Part shown: positions 60,437 to 64,000 of the stretch, one piece after another | Position numbering within the stretch: the stretch's first letter is position 1 | Layout: each line of letters begins with the position of its first letter | The notes under the pieces: model-generated | What the model was told of the DNA's origin: nothing | What the model saw: the letters and a program-made list of their open reading frames with translations, nothing else | Databases searched by the model: none | Assembly: GCA_050733075.1 (NCBI GenBank) | Contig: JBOHSD010000002.1 | Location: 109,553-173,552 of the forward strand | Direction of reading: 5' to 3' | DNA length: 64,000 nucleotides | Origin: Gemmatimonadales bacterium | Lineage (GTDB): Bacteria > Gemmatimonadota > Gemmatimonadetes > Gemmatimonadales > GWC2-71-9 | Program-made: the position numbers and the translations under genes

Positions 60437-61791
60437 CGCACGAGCTCGGGAGCCACCCGGGTGATGTCACCTGCCCCGAGAGTGAGCACCACGTCACCGG
60501 CCTTGAGCTCTCGATATACGGTCCTGCCCACCTGGGCCCGGGTCGGCTCGAACCGCGCGTCGACCCCGGCCCGTCCTGCCGCCTCGGCCACCTGTTGCCC
60601 GCTCACGCCGGCGATCGGCTGCTCGCGGGACGGATAGATCTCGGTTACGATCACGAGATCGGCCGCCGCCAGAGCTTCACCCATCGCAGCCCCGTGCGCC
60701 GCCGTGCGCGAGTAGAGGTGGGGCTGAAACACGGCCACCAGGCGCCGGCCGGGGAACGCCTGCCGGGCGGCGGACAGCGTGGCAGCGAGCTCCGAGGGAT
60801 GGTGCGCGTAGTCATCGACCACCGCCACCCCGGCATACTCGCCCAGGCGCTCGAACCGGCGTCCGACGCCGCGGAACTCCGCCAGGGCCGCGGCTGCGCT
60901 CTCGAGAGAGCCGCCCAGTGCATCCACCACACCCAGAGCGGCCACCGCATTGCGAAGGTTGTGGAGCCCGGGAACCTTTAACCGAAGGTCGAGAGAGCGC
61001 CCGTCCCTCCAGCTGATCCGCGCCTCGGTGAGCTCGGGGTGCTGCTTTACGCCGGCGATCCTGATATCGGCGTCGGCACCACAGCCGAATCGCCGTACCG
61101 TGGTGCCGGCCCGATCGCCCACCCGGGAGGCGCCAGGGTCATCGGCATTGACGACCGCCACCTGAGCCCGGCCGGCAAACTCCACAAAGGCATCCTCGAG
61201 CGCGGCCAACGAGCCGTAGCACTCGAGATGATCGGGCTCGACGTTGTTGACGACGGACACCGTGGGGTACAGCGTCAGGAACGCCTGGTCGAACTCGTCG
61301 GCCTCCACCACGAACAACCCGTCGCCTGCCACCCGGGCGTTACCGCCCCAGCTGCTCACCCTGCCGCCCGCGATTCCCGTGGGATCGAGCCCCGCGGCGG
61401 TAAGCGCCTCCGTGGCCATGACAGTGGTGGTGGTCTTGCCATGGGTTCCGGCGATTCCTACGGCACGAGCCCCTTCGATGAGCTCGGCGAGGGCCAGCTT
61501 GCGGGGCACGATCGGGACACCCAGCTCCCGGGCCCGATCGAGCTCGGGATGGCCGGACGGTACCGCGGCAGTGACCACCACCGCCCGGACACCCGAGAGA
61601 TGAGCCCGGTCGTGCCCCTCTGCAATACGCACCCCGAGCGCGGCCAGATCGGCGGCCCCGGCCGGATCCATGTCGCAGCCACTCACGGCAACCCCGCGGC
61701 GGCACGCGATCAGTGCGAGCGCACTCATCCCGGCTCCGCCTATTCCCATGAAGTGGACAGTGCGCTTATCCGTGGGGCTGAACAGTGCCAT
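60418..61791 (-). CDS. murC: UDP-N-acetylmuramate--L-alanine ligase
   Basis: HFMGIGGAGMSALA, GTHGKTTTT and the Mur ligase C-terminal domain. Confidence 0.95.
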   Translation of the reverse strand: MALFSPTDKRTVHFMGIGGAGMSALALIACRRGVAVSGCDMDPAGAADLAALGVRIAEGHDRAHLSGVRAVVVTAAVPSGHPELDRARELGVPIVPRKLALAELIEGARAVGIAGTHGKTTTTVMATEALTAAGLDPTGIAGGRVSSWGGNARVAGDGLFVVEADEFDQAFLTLYPTVSVVNNVEPDHLECYGSLAALEDAFVEFAGRAQVAVVNADDPGASRVGDRAGTTVRRFGCGADADIRIAGVKQHPELTEARISWRDGRSLDLRLKVPGLHNLRNAVAALGVVDALGGSLESAAAALAEFRGVGRRFERLGEYAGVAVVDDYAHHPSELAATLSAARQAFPGRRLVAVFQPHLYSRTAAHGAAMGEALAAADLVIVTEIYPSREQPIAGVSGQQVAEAAGRAGVDARFEPTRAQVGRTVYRELKAGDVVLTLGAGDITRVAPELVRWLSAA

Positions 61792-61841
61792 GTTTGGTGA
61801 GCTAATGTAAGATGTTGCTGGAAGTTCCGAAAGTCCGCGGC

Positions 61842-63005
61842 TCAGGAGGCCAGTGTCAACAAGTTCGACACTATGTCATGGGCTGCCCGGGGGCGCCCGC
61901 GGGCCAAGGCCCGGTCGCCCATCTGTTTCCGCCGGCTGGCATTCCCCAGCAGATCGGTGACGACATCGCGCAGTCGGTCGGGCGTCAACTGAGACTGCGG
62001 TAGCAGCAGTGAGGCGCCCGCCTTTTCGAGAACCCTGGCGTTATGGCTCTGGTGATCGGCCGCGGCGGTGGGCAGTGGCACCAGGATGTTGGGAAGTCCC
62101 CACGCACATAGCTCGGCCACGGTAATCATGCCGGCGCGGGATACCACCAGATCGGCTACCGCGTAGCCATCTGCCATGGGATCGAGAAAGTCGAGCACCT
62201 GCACTTCGGGCGGCCGGTGATAACGGGCAAACTCATCGTAGGTCCCCCGTCCGGTCACCCAGATCAAGCTCGCATCGCCCGGTCCTCCCGTGTCCAGCCA
62301 GCCAGCCACCGCCCGGTTGATTGCCAGCGCGCCCTGGCTGCCACCCGTCACGAGCACGACCGGCCGCCCGTGCACTCCGAAGCGCGCCCGAGCCGTCCCT
62401 CGCCGCTCGGGCGTAGGCGGCACGATGGGATTTCCGGTGTCGAACACCTGGGTCTGGTCGCCGAAGCGGAGCAGACGCCGTGCTTCAGGGAGGCCGAGGT
62501 AAACGTGCCGCACCCGCTTGCTCAACCAGCGGCTCGCCAGTCCCGGGTATGCGTTCTGTTCCTGGATGGCAGTCGGAACCCCGTGGCGGGCCCCCCACCA
62601 GACTACCGGACCCGACGCATACCCACCGGTGCCGATTACGGCTCTGGGTTGCTCTAGGTCGAAGACGCGGCCCACCTCTCTCAGCAGCTTCCCGGCGACG
62701 AACGGCCAACGGAAGTTTTTCCACCAGGCGCGCCGGTAGATGGGCTCCGATGGAAGAAGGTGAAACCGGAAATCCCGGGTGGGGAGAAGGCGCGCCTCGA
62801 CCCCCCGAACCGCTCCCACCAGGACGGGCTCGATCCCCGGAGCATGCTCCTGAAGGGCCTGTGCGATCGCGAGCGCCGGCATTAGATGTCCGCCGGTGCC
62901 GCCCCCGGCGATGAGGATACACGGGGCAGCGGGGCGGCTGGGTGACGGGGCACCAGGAATGTCACCCACGCGAGCGCCGGTGGGAATGCGCTTCTGCTCC
63001 TCCAC
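61842..63005 (-). CDS. murG: Undecaprenyldiphospho-muramoylpentapeptide beta-N-acetylglucosaminyltransferase
   Basis: ILIAGGGTGGHLMPALA and the C-terminal ..RAG..T.AE... motifs. The start may be the GTG at 62969 rather than the ATG at 63005. Confidence 0.9.
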   Translation of the reverse strand: MEEQKRIPTGARVGDIPGAPSPSRPAAPCILIAGGGTGGHLMPALAIAQALQEHAPGIEPVLVGAVRGVEARLLPTRDFRFHLLPSEPIYRRAWWKNFRWPFVAGKLLREVGRVFDLEQPRAVIGTGGYASGPVVWWGARHGVPTAIQEQNAYPGLASRWLSKRVRHVYLGLPEARRLLRFGDQTQVFDTGNPIVPPTPERRGTARARFGVHGRPVVLVTGGSQGALAINRAVAGWLDTGGPGDASLIWVTGRGTYDEFARYHRPPEVQVLDFLDPMADGYAVADLVVSRAGMITVAELCAWGLPNILVPLPTAAADHQSHNARVLEKAGASLLLPQSQLTPDRLRDVVTDLLGNASRRKQMGDRALARGRPRAAHDIVSNLLTLAS

Positions 63006-64000
63006 CCCGCTGCCCCGCTGCCCTGCTGCTCACCCGCCGGTCCGGCCGGCCATCAGTCCGCCGGTCCGCCCGTCTGTCTCCGCGCTCGCCCACCCGCCGC
63101 TCCCGTGGTCCCGCTGCCCTCGGGCTGGCTCGGAGTCGCCCGATATTGATGAGTATCCCTGCACCCAGCAAGGAGATCACCTGGCTCGAGCGCCCATAGG
63201 ACATGAAGGGCAAGGTGAGCCCTGTGGTCGGCATCAAGCCGAGGGACACGGCCATGTGCATGAAAGCGGTGAGCCCGATGGTGGCGGTGAGCCCTACGGC
63301 CAGGTACTGCCCGAAGGGGTCGGCGGCGGTTCGGGCGATGCGGAAACCCAGCATACAGAACAGTGAGAAGAGGCTGACCACGACGAAGACGCCGACAAAG
63401 CCCCACTCCTCGCCGATGGTGCTGAAGAGAAAGTCGGAGTAGGCATACGGCAGGTATCCCAGCTTCTGCTGCCCCTCCCCGAAACCGACCCCCAAGAGCC
63501 GGCCGGAGCCGATCCCCGTCAATGATTGATTGATCTGAAAGCCGGCGTCCGCCGTGGCATCTCCCGGATTCATGAAGGTTACGAGACGGGCCAGCCGGTA
63601 CTGCGCGTCCCGGATCTGGTGGAAGATCAGAATCATCCCGACCCCCGCCAGAAGCGCGAAATGCCCTATCTTGGCGCCGGAGGTGAAGAGCACCAGTCCG
63701 CCCAGTATCGCCACGAGGGTCGCCATGGACAGGTTCGGCTCCAGCAGAATCAGGACCGAGACCAGGGCCAGGATCAGCATGAACGGCAGCACGCCCTTCT
63801 TGAATTCCCGCACCTGCTCGCCCTTCTTCGACGCCAGCATGGCGCACCAGATTACGATGACGAGCCGCGCTACCTCCGAGGGCTGAAAGTTGAAGGGGCC
63901 GAGATGGATCCACCGTCGCGCCCCGTTGACCGGTGGGGCCATGGCCAGGGTAAACGGAAGGAGGGGAACGAGGAGAAAGGCGAGGGTGAGAAGGAGGAGG
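62962..64000 (-). CDS. ftsW: Peptidoglycan glycosyltransferase FtsW (SEDS family); 5' end lies beyond the window
   Basis: SEDS blocks (FQPSE, SDF.FS.IGEE.G, GL.P.TG..LPF.SYG.SS). The frame stays open to position 64000. About 55 aa of Arg-rich C-terminal tail. Confidence 0.85.
   Translation of the reverse strand, partial: LLLLTLAFLLVPLLPFTLAMAPPVNGARRWIHLGPFNFQPSEVARLVIVIWCAMLASKKGEQVREFKKGVLPFMLILALVSVLILLEPNLSMATLVAILGGLVLFTSGAKIGHFALLAGVGMILIFHQIRDAQYRLARLVTFMNPGDATADAGFQINQSLTGIGSGRLLGVGFGEGQQKLGYLPYAYSDFLFSTIGEEWGFVGVFVVVSLFSLFCMLGFRIARTAADPFGQYLAVGLTATIGLTAFMHMAVSLGLMPTTGLTLPFMSYGRSSQVISLLGAGILINIGRLRASPRAAGPRERRVGERGDRRADRRTDGRPDRRVSSRAAGQRGGGAEAHSHRRSRG

Overview
High-GC bacterial chromosome segment (GC not computed), densely packed with housekeeping genes. 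About 60 of the 64 kb is coded on the minus strand, and many neighbouring genes have 1-, 4- or 8-nt stop/start overlaps. Recognisable content, left to right:
- tRNA-Ser(CGA), a histidine phosphatase, an APH-like kinase, tadA, clpB, selB and recO.
- A cobalamin-riboswitch-controlled uptake operon: BtuF-like, BtuC-like, BtuD-like, a TonB-dependent receptor and a beta-propeller lipoprotein.
- A long array hpf-hprK-mannose-class PTS (IIA, IIB, IIC, IID)-ptsH-ptsI-metK-ahcY.
- nusB and riboflavin genes (ribH, ribBA, ribE, ribD), purM, argS, the large subunit of a methylmalonyl-CoA-mutase-type enzyme, and fbp.
- comEC-comFB-miaB, cdd-deoB, alr, mazG, asnS, recG, ftsY and hisA.
- The distal dcw cluster (ftsW-murG-murC-ftsQ-ftsA-ftsZ).

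I see no rRNA, CRISPR array, transposase, integrase or recognisable defence island, and no convincing novel multi-gene system. The features I cannot explain from known families are:
1. Three copies of a palindromic intergenic element built from a 7-nt tandem array (RGTRAAC)n. It looks like a terminator and supplies stop codons in all frames.
2. A YncE-like beta-propeller lipoprotein as the last gene of the B12-riboswitch operon.
3. A truncated GxxExxY-family gene bracketed by a 28-nt inverted repeat.
4. A phosphatase gene with no canonical start codon upstream of its catalytic motif.
5. A 55-codon ORF missing from the supplied track.
6. A perfect TATAAT placed for a leaderless miaB mRNA.

The lineage guess (Gemmatimonadota or a related FCB-group diderm) is inference only. 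All product calls rest on motif recognition in the translated ORFs, not on database searches.
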